The notes below the pieces were generated by a model. The model made no database searches, was not told the DNA's origin, and was given only the letters and a program-made list of their open reading frames with translations. Shown in pieces: positions 61,480 to 64,000 of a stretch of 64,000 nt of DNA (the first letter of the stretch is position 1; each line of letters opens with the position of its first letter). Source of the DNA: Mustelus asterias. Lineage: Eukaryota. Location: NCBI RefSeq assembly GCF_964213995.1, contig NC_135809.1:54002001-54066000 (forward strand), given 5' to 3'. A program made the position numbers and the translations under genes.

Positions 61480-62590
61480 TATATTTTAGCCAGAAGAATA
61501 AGGGGAGGAAACAACTAAATTAAAATGTACATTTTTTAAGTGAGTGCAGGAACAGGGATACCCAAGAGTGTATGTATATAAATCTTCGAAGGCTGTTAAA
61601 AAATCACATTAGATCTTTGGCTTTATTAACTGACCACCTGGCAGTGCCAGATTGGCATTGCCAAAATGGGCACTGCCCAGCCATTTTCCCAACCACCTGG
61701 GGACTTCAGTGGCCTCTGATTTCCCCTTGCCTCTGGCTTGGCCATCGCACCTGTCTCCATTTGTGGAGACCAGTAGTGATTCTCACCAGGTTCTTGCTGC
61801 GCCGAGGGTTGAAGAACCCCAGGAGTAGGGAGAATCTGGCCTCAAACGGACCACGCATACTTAAATGTTTATTTAAATACGCTAATCTGGTTCCCATCCT
61901 CACTGCACAGAAACCAGATTATGTCCAGGTGTGGTGGCTGGGAGCATTGCAACAGGGTTTCGTGCCAGTGCTGAACACACTAGACCCCTCACACCGCTTT
62001 CCAGACGCTATACCACCCAACACAATCTGCGCCTGGCCTGATATGGCTGGAAAATCACGGCCTATCTTAAAACTTTAGAAAACACCTGTAAAGCCTCAAC
62101 TGGAGGCGTTCCAATTCTGGCGACCAAGTTTTAAGAAGAATGGCTAGGCCTTAGAGAGTGAGAACAAAAATTTAATAAAATAATCCCTGTGATGAGGGAT
62201 TCAGTTATGTAGAGAGCCTAGAAAAGCTGTGCTCATTCTCTTTAGAGCAGAGAACATGAAGAGGAGATTTGATAGAGATGAACAGTTTTGATGGAGTAAA
62301 TAAGGCGTAACTGTTTCCAATGGCAGAAGGATCAGGAGGACACAGTTTTAAGGCAAAATGGTAAAAGAACCAGCAAATCATTGTGATCTGAAATACATTG
62401 CTAGATAGGGTGATGGGAGCAGATTCGATAGTAACTTGCAAAAGGAATCAATAAATCTTTGAACGGGAAATATTTGCTGAGCTGTAAAAAAAGAGCAAGG
62501 ACGTGGGACTAATGGAATAGCTCTGCCAAATAGCCAGCACAAGTGCGATGGATCCAATGGTCTCTTTCTGTGCCATATAATTTGACTCTA
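61480..62590 (+). mobile_element. Old CR1 3' region containing a one-ended Harbinger-type MITE (about 61630-62062)
   Basis: CR1 3' motifs; MITE right TIR ggaaaatcacggcc and GGCA(C/G)TGCC palindromes. Confidence 0.6.
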
Positions 62591-63271
62591 TGCAAAATTC
62601 AATTTTTCCAAGATGCCTTTAAAATTTCTTATCTTGTTCTCTGATGTTGTATTAGGTCTCTCCAGCACTGGAGCAATTAATACTTAGAAGACAGGTTCAT
62701 GGCTCCATTTGCCTCTAAAATGGCACTATATTGCCAACATAAAGATGTGCCTCCTAATACCACAGTGACTGCCCCATATATGGCACTGCAACAAAACAGC
62801 TGAAGGAGAATCAAATCTTGCAAAGAAATGAAAGTCAGTCCAATTATTTGTAGACTAACTTCTAACCATGGGATAAAATGACATCATTACATCAGTACCA
62901 CCCATGCCCCCCCCCCCCCCTCCCAAATCCATTATTTGTGAGAGGAAATTACTGGAATTCCTTACTTACAAATTCTCAGGAACAAACATACATATGGGAA
63001 AATCATAAATATGAAATGTACAAACATAAAGATATGAATGTCCTCTGGACTTTTCCCTCAATTGACAAATTCCCAGTCTCAACCCTGCTGTTCGGCCAGG
63101 GAATGGGGGAGGATGATGATCAGGTTGGAGTGTTAAAAGTGTGGAGGGGGATAGGTTGAGTCTCACAACAACTCTTGCTCAACTGCAAGGATCAAGTGCA
63201 GCTGGTCAAAATAACCTGCAACAAAAGCTAAACCAAACCACAAATGAAGACTGGTAAGGTATGAATATTTT

Positions 63272-63645
63272 TTTGATTTGATTTATTATTGTCACATGTA
63301 TTAGCATACAGTGAAAAGTATTATTTCTTGCGTGTTATACAGACAATGCACACCGTTCATAGAGAAGGAAACGAGAGAGTGCAGAATGTAGTGTTAGAGT
63401 CACAGCTAGGGTGTAGAGAAAGATCAACTTAATGCAAGGTAGGTCCATTCAAAAGTCTGATGACAGCAGGGAAGAAGCTATTCTTGAGTCGGTTGGTATG
63501 TGACCTCCGTTTCCCGACGGAAGAAGGTGGAAGAGAGAATGTCCGGGTTGCGTGGGGTCCTCTATTTTGCTGGCTGCTTTTCCGAGGCAGCAGGAAGTGT
63601 AGACAGAGTCAATGGATGGGAGGCTGGTTTGTGTGATGGATTGGA
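63272..63645 (-). mobile_element. Rex1/Babar LINE 3' end
   Basis: Matches 34620-35000 and 42702-43090. Confidence 0.88.
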
Positions 63646-63749
63646 ATCTTGTGGGCCAATTCCTTCGACAAATTTGAAAGGTGCTTAAATAATTTCAATG
63701 TTGCCTTTCTTTTATTGCAGTTTTATCAAGAGTATTGCTCACTCTTCTA

Positions 63750-64000
63750 GTTGATTTTTGTGGTTCACAAACCACTTTATTATTATTATTGTTGTTCTAT
63801 TTTTGGCGTTGAGATGTTAACCTAATCCATAGCCACTCTTTTTCGTTTTATATATTTGTAGAAACTTTTGCTATCTTTTTATATTCTGAGCGAGTTTACT
63901 CTCATCATCCATCCTACTTTTCTTTATAGTTTTTTTCGTGGCTTTCTGTTGACCTTTAAAGATTTCCCAATCCTCTAGGTTCCCACGAATCTTTGCCACT
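63750..64000 (-). mobile_element. CR1 LINE ORF2 fragment (runs off window)
   Basis: Reverse complement VAKIRGNLEDWEIFKGQQKATKKTIKK..KLAQNIK, like 17960-18120. Confidence 0.7.

Overview
This window is repeat-saturated vertebrate genomic DNA. The HE1-type V-SINEs, CR1/HER1-like LINEs and DeuSINE (SacSINE1-like) copies point to an elasmobranch (shark) genome. No intact protein-coding gene can be identified with confidence. Most of the 64 kb is nested, decayed transposable elements: several CR1 LINE families, Rex1/Babar LINEs (one near full length), an RTE fragment, Penelope-like elements with minimal hammerhead ribozymes, PIF/Harbinger-type MITEs with 3-bp TSDs, and solo LTRs. The most notable items are: (1) a short LTR plus tRNA-iMet primer-binding site followed by an intronless, decayed fragment of the nuclear-basket gene TPR, a probable LTR-element cargo capture (26.3-27.9 kb); (2) a fossil Ty1/copia (GalEa-like) gag-protease-integrase element (0.6-3.0 kb); (3) two locally templated inverted duplications; (4) an RFX X-box beside candidate minus-strand exons of an unidentified host gene. 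Family names come from recalled motifs rather than database searches, and boundaries without a stated TSD are approximate.
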